Assembly: GCF_001677475.2 (NCBI RefSeq)
Contig: NZ_CP015229.1
Direction: 5' to 3' (one strand)
Length of the DNA stretch: 64,000 bases
DNA from: Escherichia coli
GTDB lineage: Bacteria; Pseudomonadota; Gammaproteobacteria; Enterobacterales; Enterobacteriaceae
Shown here: positions 8,697 through 18,507 of the stretch, piece by piece
Numbering within the stretch: position 1 is the stretch's first letter
How the letters are laid out: every line of letters begins with the position of its first letter
Translations under genes and position numbers: made by a program
The notes under the pieces: generated by a model
What the model saw: only the letters and a program-made list of their open reading frames with translations
Database searches by the model: none
What the model was told of the DNA's origin: nothing

Positions 8697-10787
8697 ATGG
8701 CAGTAAAGATTTCAGGTGTCCTGAAGGACGGAGCGGGTGAGCCTGTCGTAAACTGTGCGATTGAATTGCGAGCCAGAAGAACCAGTCCGACAGTTGTGGT
8801 TAATATTGTGGCAACCTGTCTTACGGGAAGTGATGGCGGGTATACTATTAATGCTGAGCCGGGATTTTATGATGTATTTTTGTCCCGCTCAGGGCATCCT
8901 CCTGTAAAGGCGGGGGAAATTTATGTTGCACCGACAGATGAGCCGGATACGCTGAATGCTTTTCTGGATGCACCAAAGGAGGGTGATTTACGCCCTGAGG
9001 TAATGAAGCGTTTTGAGGAAATGGTAAATACCGTTGTTCGCTTGTCTGAGCAGGTGGTCAGTGACAGGGAGAGAGCAGAAACAGCTGCTGATGATGCAAT
9101 CAATGCAGCAACATCTGCGGCGGTTAGTAAGGATGAGGCAGAAGAGCTAAAAAATCAGACACAGCAGAGCGCCGAAGCTGCAGCCGGAAACGCACAGCAG
9201 ACGGCACAGGATGTGACGACAACCGCAACGGCCCGTGATGATGCGGAACGTTTTGCGGGTGAGGCAGAAAACAGCGCACAGTCATCAGGCACAGCGCGGG
9301 ACGAATCAGTCGATGCCGCCGAACGCGCCCGCCTTTATCATAATGCCGCATCATCAGCAGCGACCAGTTCAGAACTGTCGGCAAATGCGGCGCTGGGGCA
9401 CAAAAACAGTGCCGCCGAATACGCCCGACAGGCTAAAGCCAGCCAGGATGCAGGTGCAGACAATGCGCAGGAAGCGAAACAGTACAGGGATGAGGCGCAG
9501 CAGATAGTTGATGACCTGAATGCAACAAATGCCTCCACGACAGAAAAAGGTCTGGTGCAACTCTGTAGTGATACGGACAACGACAGCGAGGAACTGGCTG
9601 CCACGCCAAAGGCTGTCAAAGACGTCATGGACGAGGCGAAAACAAAAGCGCCACTGGACAGTCCGGCCTTCACCGGCACCCCAACCACCCCAACCCCACC
9701 GGATGATGCCGCCGGTCTGGAAGCAGCGAACGCAGCGTTTGTGCGCAAACTGCTTGCTGCGCTGGTTGGCTCATCGCCGGAAGTTCTGGACACCCTGAAC
9801 GAGCTGGCAGCGGCGCTGGGCAATGACCCGAACTTTGCGACGACAATCACAAACGCGCTGGCAGGCAAACAACCGCTTAATGACGTCTTAACGGCAATCA
9901 GCGCACTGACGCAACGGGCAGATAATCTTCTGTACTTCAATACAGACGGGAATGCCTCACTGTCTCTGCTGTCAGAGAAGGGCCGCGCATTACTGGCGCA
10001 TGACACGGCTGAAGCCATGCGCACGGAGCTTGAGCTGAACGCGGCTGCGACGATGGAACCCCAGAGTGATATCCGTGACCGCACACCGGGCAGGCTGGCC
10101 CTGTCCGGGATGTATGGGTTTGGACAGGCATTCACCAGCACTGACGCTCTGGCGTTTGAGGGGCTGTCTGATTTCGTTGAGTGGTTGAAGAAAGTCACGC
10201 CGGGGCGGTATGCGGTCAGTATTACAGACTCCTCGCAACTGCTTACCGGTACCACGCAATTTAACGGCATTATTGATGTGATGTGGTCACCGTACGCCAA
10301 CAGTGAATCCGACACAGTCCGCAAATTTAAAACCCTGATGTGCTACAACCAGTATTATCAGGGTGAACACTGTATTCACTATATGCAGTACCGGTACAAC
10401 GACAGCGATAACAGCTGGAACATGTCATCGCGGGTAGTTGTATACGACGGAGATTCACTGGCGTACCTGCTGTCCAGGATGGCGGGCTCAGGCTCATATT
10501 ATAAATACCCGGCCGTTGGTGTGCCGATTATGGCGGCATATCAGGGGGAGAGTTTTGGTGCAGATGCGTCTCTGGGGCTCGGTGATATTGTGCCGGGTTC
10601 CCGTCTTGGCCCTCTGGCTATGAGTGCACGGGTTAGCGATACAGGGACATACGCATCCTCACCGCAGGTTGTGATTGGCGGTGCTGGTGAATACAACTTC
10701 CCCGGTCGTTACACGGCGCTTTCGGGGACCCGCATTAGTCACGATACAACGCGTGGCTATATCGGTCTTTTTGTACGCATTGAGTAA
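8697..10787 (+). CDS. stf: Prophage side tail fibre protein (Stf-like)
   Basis: About 696 aa ORF (ATG at 8697; the ORF track starts at GTG 8691); Ala/Gln/Glu-rich fibrous central region; followed by tfa. Confidence 0.8.
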   Translation: MAVKISGVLKDGAGEPVVNCAIELRARRTSPTVVVNIVATCLTGSDGGYTINAEPGFYDVFLSRSGHPPVKAGEIYVAPTDEPDTLNAFLDAPKEGDLRPEVMKRFEEMVNTVVRLSEQVVSDRERAETAADDAINAATSAAVSKDEAEELKNQTQQSAEAAAGNAQQTAQDVTTTATARDDAERFAGEAENSAQSSGTARDESVDAAERARLYHNAASSAATSSELSANAALGHKNSAAEYARQAKASQDAGADNAQEAKQYRDEAQQIVDDLNATNASTTEKGLVQLCSDTDNDSEELAATPKAVKDVMDEAKTKAPLDSPAFTGTPTTPTPPDDAAGLEAANAAFVRKLLAALVGSSPEVLDTLNELAAALGNDPNFATTITNALAGKQPLNDVLTAISALTQRADNLLYFNTDGNASLSLLSEKGRALLAHDTAEAMRTELELNAAATMEPQSDIRDRTPGRLALSGMYGFGQAFTSTDALAFEGLSDFVEWLKKVTPGRYAVSITDSSQLLTGTTQFNGIIDVMWSPYANSESDTVRKFKTLMCYNQYYQGEHCIHYMQYRYNDSDNSWNMSSRVVVYDGDSLAYLLSRMAGSGSYYKYPAVGVPIMAAYQGESFGADASLGLGDIVPGSRLGPLAMSARVSDTGTYASSPQVVIGGAGEYNFPGRYTALSGTRISHDTTRGYIGLFVRIE

Positions 10788-10801
10788 TAAGGAAATAAGA
10801 C

Positions 10802-11380
10802 ATGAAAATCAGAGCGGTGAAAGGCATCAGAAACGCGCATTATCTTGAAAATGGTGCGGTTGACTGCGAGGTGTTATTTGAAGGTGAAACGGAGTTCGTC
10901 CTGTATACCGCCATACAGGATGATATGGCCCCGACAGGCCAGCATGTCTGGCAGGAGCTGCAAAGCGGGAAATGGGGCGAAATCGCCCCGTTCACCGTCA
11001 CGCCGGAACTTATTGCAGCGGCAAAGGATGCCAAAAGGCGGGAAATTGAGGCATGGCGCGACAGTCAGGAAAACGTTGAGTTTATTTTCACGTTTGATGG
11101 CCGTCGTTTTGATGGCGGAAAAACCTCGCAGTCACGCCTTGCCCCCGTGGTTGCAACAGCACAGGCCGGACTGCTTCCGGAGGGATTTTTCTGGACTGAT
11201 GCGGATAATAATAACGTCGTACTGACCAGGGAGAAACTTATTGCGCTGAACGATGCCATGATGGTGGCCATGGTGGCGGAGGGCTTTAAAATCCACGAAC
11301 GTCAGCGGGAGATGAAAGAGGAACTGAGCAGCCTGGAGGATTTACGCTCAATCAGAGCGATGGCGATTAGCAGTAATTAG
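10802..11380 (+). CDS. tfa: Tail fibre assembly protein (Tfa-like chaperone)
   Basis: 192 aa ORF immediately downstream of stf; Tfa-like length and position. Confidence 0.8.
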   Translation: MKIRAVKGIRNAHYLENGAVDCEVLFEGETEFVLYTAIQDDMAPTGQHVWQELQSGKWGEIAPFTVTPELIAAAKDAKRREIEAWRDSQENVEFIFTFDGRRFDGGKTSQSRLAPVVATAQAGLLPEGFFWTDADNNNVVLTREKLIALNDAMMVAMVAEGFKIHERQREMKEELSSLEDLRSIRAMAISSN

Positions 11381-11470
11381 CGGTCAATTCTGGGCTCTTT
11401 GTCTGCTCCTTCACCGTCTGGAATTGTGTGTCAATTAGCCTGGAATTAATCGGGTTCAGATTGTTTTGTT

Positions 11471-11513
11471 GTGGCAAAATTGGGACAAAAGGGGCAAAAA
11501 TGGGGCAAAAAAA
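11471..11513. repeat. Four tandem approximately 10-bp GGGGCAAAA-like units (phased A-tracts)
   Basis: GTGGCAAAAT / TGGGACAAAA / GGGGCAAAAA / TGGGGCAAAAAAA read directly from the sequence, helically phased. Confidence 0.7.
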
Positions 11514-11805
11514 GAGTAGGTTATTGTGGTTTATTGTAGTTGCTGATATGTTTTAATTCATTGAAAATGAAATAAAATACTTATGAGTCAGATGGTTGCA
11601 ATTTTTGTCCTTACTTGTTCAGGTTGTATTGTTCTTTCTTACTAATTTCTTGATTTTGCGACATTTAAAAGCGACTCAATTCGTTATATGGCATCAGAAG
11701 AGTATGCGTCATGCCGGAATGCCCAGCATAAGAAATCTGATATAAAAACAGTGGCGTGTATGGTACGGATTAGAGGGGAAAATGTCAGCACATTTGCGAA
11801 ATGAA

Positions 11806-11836
11806 TCAAAAAGCCCGCAGCAATGTGCGGGCGTTA
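11806..11836 (-). terminator. Rho-independent terminator downstream of uspF
   Basis: On the minus strand: stem GCCCGCA/TGCGGGC followed by TTTTTGATTC, directly after the uspF stop. Confidence 0.6.
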
Positions 11837-11839
11837 GTG

Positions 11840-12355
<516 letters not shown>

Positions 12356-12414
12356 TTAGATCAAAGGAGGAAGAATAAGCAGAAAAAGCCCGCCATAACA
12401 GCGGGCAGGAGGAT

Positions 12415-13548
12415 TTAGAACTGATAAACCAGACCTAAAGCGACAATATCATCGGTAGAGATGCCGTTGGCAGCGTAGAAGCTGTCATCTTCATCCAACA
12501 GGTTGATTTTATAGTCAACATAGGTGGACATGTTTTTATTGAAATAGTAAGTCGCGCCAACATCGGCGTATTTAACCAGATCTTTATCATCAACACCTGC
12601 CGGGTTGTCTGCACCACCGGCAGCGTGCAGGTCACGGCCTTTAGACATCAGGAAAGAGACTGCCGGACGCAGACCAAAATCAAACTGGTACTGTGCAGTA
12701 ACTTCAAAGTTCTGGGTTTTGTTTGCAACAGCATAATCGCTGTCGCCAAACGGGGTCATATTACGCGTTTCTGAATACATGGTTGCCAGGTAAATATTGT
12801 TAGCATCGTATTTTAGCCCAGCAGTCCACGCGTCTGCTTTATCACCACCCGCCGCAGTATGGTTAACCTGGTCATTGGTGCGGTCAGAAGAGGTGTATGC
12901 CGCACCAGCGCTAAAGCCCATGCCTAAATCATATGTTGTGGAAAGACCCCAGCCGTCACCGTTTTCATGGCGAACATCACGTCCGTTGTTGGTGCCTTCC
13001 TGACCATTACTGGCACCTTCGTTGTTACCTTGATACTGCACCGCGAAGTTCAGACCATTTACCAGACCGAAGAAATCAGTATTACGATAAGTCGCGACGC
13101 CATTGGCACGACCAGTCATAAAGTTGTCTGCATTGGTATAAGAGTCACCGCCAAATTCAGGCAGCATATCGGTCCAGCCTTCGATGTCGTACATTACGCC
13201 ATAATTACGTCCGTAATCGAAAGAACCGTAATCTGCAAATTTCAATCCGGCAAATGCCAGACGGGTCCATGACTGGTTTTTTGAGGATTCAGTGTTGTTT
13301 GCCTGAATATTGTATTCCCATTGACCGTAGCCAGTGAGTTGATCGTTAATTTGGGTTTCGCCTTTAAAACCCAGACGCGCATAGCTCTGGTCGCCATCTT
13401 TCGCTGAATTATCAGAAAAATAATGCAGGCCATCAACTTTGCCATACAGATCTAATTTGTTGCCGTCTTTATTATAAACTTCGGCTGCATGTGCAGCACC
13501 TGCGGCGAGCAGGGCAGGAATTAAAAGTGCCAGTACTTTGCTTTTCAT
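12415..13548 (-). CDS. ompN: Outer membrane porin OmpN (OmpC/OmpF family)
   Basis: 377 aa porin with signal peptide and C-terminal ...LVYQF; located between uspF and micC/ydbK as in K-12. Confidence 0.85.
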   Translation of the reverse strand: MKSKVLALLIPALLAAGAAHAAEVYNKDGNKLDLYGKVDGLHYFSDNSAKDGDQSYARLGFKGETQINDQLTGYGQWEYNIQANNTESSKNQSWTRLAFAGLKFADYGSFDYGRNYGVMYDIEGWTDMLPEFGGDSYTNADNFMTGRANGVATYRNTDFFGLVNGLNFAVQYQGNNEGASNGQEGTNNGRDVRHENGDGWGLSTTYDLGMGFSAGAAYTSSDRTNDQVNHTAAGGDKADAWTAGLKYDANNIYLATMYSETRNMTPFGDSDYAVANKTQNFEVTAQYQFDFGLRPAVSFLMSKGRDLHAAGGADNPAGVDDKDLVKYADVGATYYFNKNMSTYVDYKINLLDEDDSFYAANGISTDDIVALGLVYQF

Positions 13549-13775
13549 TGAATAAATCCTTTAGTTATTTTATTTGCCTTTTATCCCCATTTCGGGGAGT
13601 GAAAACATCCTAAAGGAGAAGTTCAGTTAGCCGATAAATATCATTTGTTACGCCTTAAGTAAAACCTTAATCAAATAATTCCTCTGAAATGACAATAAGT
13701 CTTGTGAATGTATCGAAGATAATACATACAAAATAAAAATTATACTTTTAATTTGCTATACGTTATTCTGCGCGG

Positions 13776-13884
13776 GTTATATGCCTTTATTGTCACAGAT
13801 TTTATTTTCTGTTGGGCCATTGCATTGCCACTGATTTTCCAACATATAAAAAGACAAGCCCGAACAGTCGTCCGGGCTTTTTTT
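13776..13884 (+). ncRNA. micC: MicC small regulatory RNA (Hfq-dependent, represses ompC)
   Basis: Sequence GTTATATGCCTTTATTGTCACAGATTTTATTTTCTGTTGGGCC...CCCGAACAGTCGTCCGGGCTTTTTTT matches recalled MicC including the terminator hairpin; ompN-ydbK intergenic position. Confidence 0.9.
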
Positions 13885-13913
13885 TAGAATTGGATAATCC
13901 TTATCCAGAGCAT

Positions 13914-16900
13914 TTAATCGGTGTTGCTTTTTTCCGCTTTTCCGGCCATTTGTGCCAGGAAGTCATAGCGTTTTTGCAAATCAGCTGCGGCATCTTTCCA
14001 TAACTGTTCTGCCACTTCTGGCTGCTGCGAATTCAGACGACGGAAACGCTGCTCGTGAAGTAACGTTTCTTCCAGTGCTTCTGACGGCGGGCGTGAATCC
14101 AGCGCCAGCGGCAGTTTGCCTTCATCGGCACGACGCGGATCAAAGCGATATAGCGGCCAGAAGCCGGTAGCAGTGAGTTGGCGCATCTGGTCGTGACTGA
14201 GTGCCAGATCGTAACCATGCTCTTCACACGGGCTATAAGCGATGATCAGCGATGGCCCCGGATACGCTTCCGCTTCCTGAATCGCTTTCACCGTCTGGTT
14301 GAGCTGCGCGCCGAGAGAAATCTGCGCCACATAAACATGACCGTACATCATCATACTGACGCCAAGATCTTTACGCGCTTTACGTTTGCCGTGCTCGCCG
14401 AACTTAGTTACTGCACCCAGCGGTGTCGCTTTCGACGCCTGACCACCGGTGTTGGAATAGCATTGCGTATCCAGCACCAGAATGTTGATGTTTTCCGTCA
14501 AACTCAATACATGATCCAGACCGCCAAAGCCGATATCGTAAGCCCAGCCATCACCACCAATCAGCCAGATTGATTTTTCCACCAGTGCATCTGCGTCACG
14601 TAGCAGTTCATGTGCTTCGGCAACATCGTTGAGTTGCTGGCGTAAAGCTGCAACCTGCTCACGACGAACCTCTGGCGTAGCGTCTGATTTCAACGCCGTC
14701 AGTAATTCCGTCGGGATTTTATCGGCAAATTGATCCAGCAGACGAAGCACGCGGACACGGTGTTGATCGACCGTCAGGCGGAAACCAAGGCCAAATTCGG
14801 CGTTATCTTCAAACAGCGAGTTCGCCCATGCCGGCCCACGACCGTTGGCATCGGTGGTATACGGTGTAGAGGGCAGGTTACCGCCATAAATTGAAGAACA
14901 GCCGGTGGCGTTAGCGATCAACATCCGGTCGCCATAGAGCTGAGTCAGCAATTTAATATACGGCGTCTCGCCACAACCGGAGCAAGCACCTGAATATTCA
15001 AACAGCGGTGTAATCAGCTGCGATGTACGAATATCAATACGTTCCAGTTTGCTACGGTCGATTTCTGGCAGGTTGAGGAAGAAATCGTAATTGATTTTCT
15101 CTTCTTCGACATGTTCCAGGCGCGACATCATATTGATGGCTTTAATCTCTGGATTCTGACGGTCTTTCGCCGGGCAAACTTCGACGCACAGGTTACAACC
15201 GGTGCAATCTTCCGGAGCCACCTGCAAGACATATTTCTGCCCGCGCATATCACGCGATTTCACATCCAGCGAATGCAGGCTGGCAGGGGCGTTTTCCATC
15301 GCTTCAGGCGGTACCACTTTTGCGCGAATAGCTGAGTGTGGGCAAGCGGCGACGCAGTGGTTACATTGGGTACAGAGTTCCTCTTTCCAGATGGGGATCT
15401 CTTCGGCGATATTGCGTTTTTCCCAGCGCGTGGTGCCCATCGGCCAGGTGCCGTCTGGCGGCAGCGCCGAAACGGGGAGGGCATCACCAAGCCCGGCGAG
15501 CATCGCAGCGGTTACGGTTTTCACGAAATCAGGGGCGGCATCGGAAACCACTGGCGGTCGATTGGCGCTGTGCGGATTTACCGGTTGCAACGGAACTTCT
15601 TCTACGGATTCACGCGCCAGCGCCAGAGCCTGCCAGTTGCGCTCCACCAGATCCTGACCTTTGCTACTGTAACTTTTGGCAATCGCACCCTGCAATTCTG
15701 CGAGGGCGCTATCGCCAGGCAGAATTTGCGTCAGATGGAAAAAAGCCATCTGCATGACGGTATTAATACGGGCCGCCAGGCCACATTCGCGGGCGATTTT
15801 CGCTGCGTTAATCACATAGAAGCGCGCTTTTTTCTGGTTTAGCACGGCCTGAACTTCCTGCGGCAAGCGCGACCACACTTCATCTGCGCTGTACGGCGTG
15901 TTGAGCAGGAAAATGCCGCCAGGTTTTAAACGCTCAGCCATCTGATATTTATCGATAAACTGCAACTGGTGGCAGCCAACAAAATCAGCCTGGGAAATGA
16001 GATAAGCGGAACGAATCGGCTGTTCGCTCACGCGAAGGTGAGAAACCGTCAGGCCGCCCGCCTTTTTGGAGTCGTAAACAAAATAGCCCTGTGCGTACCA
16101 CGGCGTGGAATTACCGATAATCTTGATATTGTTTTTGGTCGCGGAAACGCTGCCATCACTACCAAGGCCATAAAACAAGGCTTCCAGTTTCGCCGAGTTT
16201 GGCAGGGTGTTTTCCGGCAACGGCAGTGACAGATTGGTCACATCATCGTAAATACCAACCGTAAAGCGCGCTTTCGGTTTAGCCGCGTTGAGCTCGGCAA
16301 ATACCGCCAGTACACAGTCCGGGCCAAATTCTTTGGATGAAAGACCATAGCGCCCACCAATGACACGGGGCAGGATTTCACGCTCGCCATTATTAAAAGC
16401 TTCTGCCAGTGCGGTCATCACATCCAGATAGAGCGGTTCTGCCTGGGCACCAGGTTCTTTGGTTCTGTCCAGTACCGCCACGCTGCGTACGGATCCCGGC
16501 AGAGCTTGTAGCAAGTGTTTGGCGGAGAAGGGACGGTACAGGCGAACTTTCAGCACGCCAACTTTTTCGCCACGGGTTAGCAATTCATCAACCACTTCTT
16601 CACAGGTGCCAATGGCAGAGCCCATCAGGATAATCACCCGTTCCGCTTGCGGATGCCCGTAATATTCAAACGGCTGATACTGACGACCTGTCGCGGCAGA
16701 GAAATCATTCATCGCCTGTTCAACATGGTCATAGACCGCGTTGTACCATGGGTTGGTGGCTTCGCGAGACTGGAAATAAGTGTCAGGATTGGCGGACGTA
16801 CCGCGGATCACCGGATGTTCCGGGTTGAGTGCCCGGGCGCGATGAGCATCAATTTCGGCCTGCGGCATGAGATCAAGAATCGTGTCATCGGCCAGCGGGA

Positions 16901-17438
16901 CAATTTTATTGATTTCGTGGGACGTGCGGAAACCATCAAAGAAATGAATAAATGGCACGCGGCTTTTCAGCGTCGCGATGTGCGAAATGAGAGCAAAGTC
17001 TTGCGCTTCCTGGACGTTTGCTGCACACAACATCGCGCAACCCGTCTGGCGCACCGCCATGACGTCGGAATGATCGCCAAAAATAGAGAGTGCATGTGTG
17101 GCAACGGTACGTGCCGCTACATGCAGGACAAACGGTGTGAGTTCGCCTGCCAGTTTGTACAGCGTCGGGATCATCAGCAGCAAACCCTGCGATGACGTAA
17201 ACGATGTTGAAAGAGCACCCGTCTGCAAAGCGCCATGCACGGTAGCGATAGCACCCGCTTCCGACTGCATTTCAACCACGCGTGGTGTGTCTCCCCAAAC
17301 GTTCTTCAAGCCGTTTCCGGCCCAGGCATCAGCCTGTTCTGCCATCGTGGAACTGGGGGTAATAGGGTAGATGGCGATAACTTCACTGGTGCGAAACGCC
17401 ACCGAAGCAACCGCGCCATTACCGTCAATAGTAATCAT
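13914..17438 (-). CDS. ydbK: Pyruvate:flavodoxin/ferredoxin oxidoreductase
   Basis: 1174 aa; TPP-binding and two 4Fe-4S ferredoxin motifs (CTQCNHCVAACP, CTGCNLCVEVCP). Confidence 0.95.
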   Translation of the reverse strand: MITIDGNGAVASVAFRTSEVIAIYPITPSSTMAEQADAWAGNGLKNVWGDTPRVVEMQSEAGAIATVHGALQTGALSTSFTSSQGLLLMIPTLYKLAGELTPFVLHVAARTVATHALSIFGDHSDVMAVRQTGCAMLCAANVQEAQDFALISHIATLKSRVPFIHFFDGFRTSHEINKIVPLADDTILDLMPQAEIDAHRARALNPEHPVIRGTSANPDTYFQSREATNPWYNAVYDHVEQAMNDFSAATGRQYQPFEYYGHPQAERVIILMGSAIGTCEEVVDELLTRGEKVGVLKVRLYRPFSAKHLLQALPGSVRSVAVLDRTKEPGAQAEPLYLDVMTALAEAFNNGEREILPRVIGGRYGLSSKEFGPDCVLAVFAELNAAKPKARFTVGIYDDVTNLSLPLPENTLPNSAKLEALFYGLGSDGSVSATKNNIKIIGNSTPWYAQGYFVYDSKKAGGLTVSHLRVSEQPIRSAYLISQADFVGCHQLQFIDKYQMAERLKPGGIFLLNTPYSADEVWSRLPQEVQAVLNQKKARFYVINAAKIARECGLAARINTVMQMAFFHLTQILPGDSALAELQGAIAKSYSSKGQDLVERNWQALALARESVEEVPLQPVNPHSANRPPVVSDAAPDFVKTVTAAMLAGLGDALPVSALPPDGTWPMGTTRWEKRNIAEEIPIWKEELCTQCNHCVAACPHSAIRAKVVPPEAMENAPASLHSLDVKSRDMRGQKYVLQVAPEDCTGCNLCVEVCPAKDRQNPEIKAINMMSRLEHVEEEKINYDFFLNLPEIDRSKLERIDIRTSQLITPLFEYSGACSGCGETPYIKLLTQLYGDRMLIANATGCSSIYGGNLPSTPYTTDANGRGPAWANSLFEDNAEFGLGFRLTVDQHRVRVLRLLDQFADKIPTELLTALKSDATPEVRREQVAALRQQLNDVAEAHELLRDADALVEKSIWLIGGDGWAYDIGFGGLDHVLSLTENINILVLDTQCYSNTGGQASKATPLGAVTKFGEHGKRKARKDLGVSMMMYGHVYVAQISLGAQLNQTVKAIQEAEAYPGPSLIIAYSPCEEHGYDLALSHDQMRQLTATGFWPLYRFDPRRADEGKLPLALDSRPPSEALEETLLHEQRFRRLNSQQPEVAEQLWKDAAADLQKRYDFLAQMAGKAEKSNTD

Positions 17439-17711
17439 ATGACACCCTTACATTGCGCAAATGAGGGGCGCACGAAATTGCTGCGCGCCCAGTAGTAATC
17501 TTTCAATTTTAGCAAATGGCTTTCTTCTGCATTTTCGCTTTTGTGTCCCCCACATCAGCGTAATGAATGTTTTGATCAAACAGAGGGCAAAAAAATAGCC
17601 ATAAAAAAGTAAAAATGCGGGGCAATGCGCAGGACAGCTCTCGACGTCGCCCTCTGTGCTGCCTATTATTTATGGCGGTGTCGTTTGGCTTGAAGATCAG
17701 AGGAAGAAAAG

Positions 17712-17978
17712 ATGCGAGCAGCGTTTTGGGTAGGGTGTGCCGCTTTATTGTTGTCGGCGTGTAGTAGTGAACCTGTTCAGCAGGCGACTGCGGCGCACGT
17801 AGCGCCAGGTTTAAAAGCGTCGATGTCCAGTAGTGGAGAAGCAAATTGTGCAATGATCGGCGGTTCGCTTTCTGTTGCCCGTCAACTGGATGGTACGGCG
17901 ATTGGGATGTGTGCATTACCCAACGGCAAACGCTGTAGCGAACAGTCACTTGCCGCCGGGAGCTGTGGCAGCTATTAA
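17712..17978 (+). CDS. ydbJ: Small putative lipoprotein (DUF333 family)
   Basis: 88 aa with lipobox LLLSAC, RBS AGAGGAAG upstream; K-12 synteny. Confidence 0.8.
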   Translation: MRAAFWVGCAALLLSACSSEPVQQATAAHVAPGLKASMSSSGEANCAMIGGSLSVARQLDGTAIGMCALPNGKRCSEQSLAAGSCGSY

Positions 17979-18397
17979 TTCATTAAATCCGCCAGCTTAT
18001 AAGTTAATGTCTGTTTCGCGGTCGCCAGCGTTAACTGGTTCGCGGTCAGATCCACTTGTGCACCTTCCTTCAGCATGTCGCTAATGGTGTTATCAAGTTC
18101 ATTAAGCTGCGGGTTAGCGCACATCATACGGGTCATTGCCAGCCCTTTGGCTGTCAGTTCACCATTAGACAGTTTGCCTTCACCGCTAAAGCGGTTACAC
18201 ATGCTGCCGGAAATCATCATTTTTTCACCAAAGCTGATTTCTGGCGGATTTTTATCGCTGGTCACGGGCTTACCGTTTACGCTTTCCAGCACAAAGCGAT
18301 GATGCTGTAGCTGTTCTGGCGTTACAGCAATTTTGTCATTACTTACACATCCCGCCATCAGCAGGCTTAGCGCAACAAACGCGGCTACTTTCTTCAT
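17975..18397 (-). CDS. hslJ: Heat-shock lipoprotein HslJ (META domain)
   Basis: 140 aa from MKKVAAFVALSLLMAGC (lipobox); K-12 synteny. Confidence 0.85.
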   Translation of the reverse strand: MKKVAAFVALSLLMAGCVSNDKIAVTPEQLQHHRFVLESVNGKPVTSDKNPPEISFGEKMMISGSMCNRFSGEGKLSNGELTAKGLAMTRMMCANPQLNELDNTISDMLKEGAQVDLTANQLTLATAKQTLTYKLADLMN

Positions 18398-18507
18398 TGT
18401 GGTTCTCAATTACAGTTTCTGACTCAGGACTATTTTAAGAATAGAGAATGAAAGGTCATTGGGGATTATCTGAATCAGCTCCCCTGGATTGCAGGGGAGC
18501 GGCAAGA

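Noticed and set aside
9338-10324. 328-aa ORF on the minus strand inside stf
   Set aside because: Antisense to the Ala/Gln-rich repetitive part of the tail fibre; Ala/Ser-rich low-complexity translation typical of a shadow frame.
1-11400. Anti-phage defence system or toxin cargo hidden in the prophage arm
   Set aside because: All sizeable ORFs are accounted for by tail genes, lom and the IS; no additional cargo ORFs with defence-like features (nucleases, ATPases, TIR or Sir2-like domains) are present in this part of the prophage.
11583-11645. 20-codon hydrophobic ORF (MSQMVAIFVLTCSGCIVLSY) in the prophage boundary region
   Set aside because: Superficially resembles a small membrane toxin, but has no Shine-Dalgarno sequence and no recognisable family; too short to support from sequence alone.
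14178-17195. Several 130-180-aa plus-strand ORFs within ydbK
   Set aside because: All are antisense to the 1174-aa ydbK ORF with its cofactor motifs; shadow frames.
17509-17949. 146-aa minus-strand ORF spanning the ydbK-ydbJ intergenic region
   Set aside because: Overlaps the ydbJ lipoprotein gene in antisense and extends across the promoter region; no RBS; ydbJ has a lipobox and an SD.
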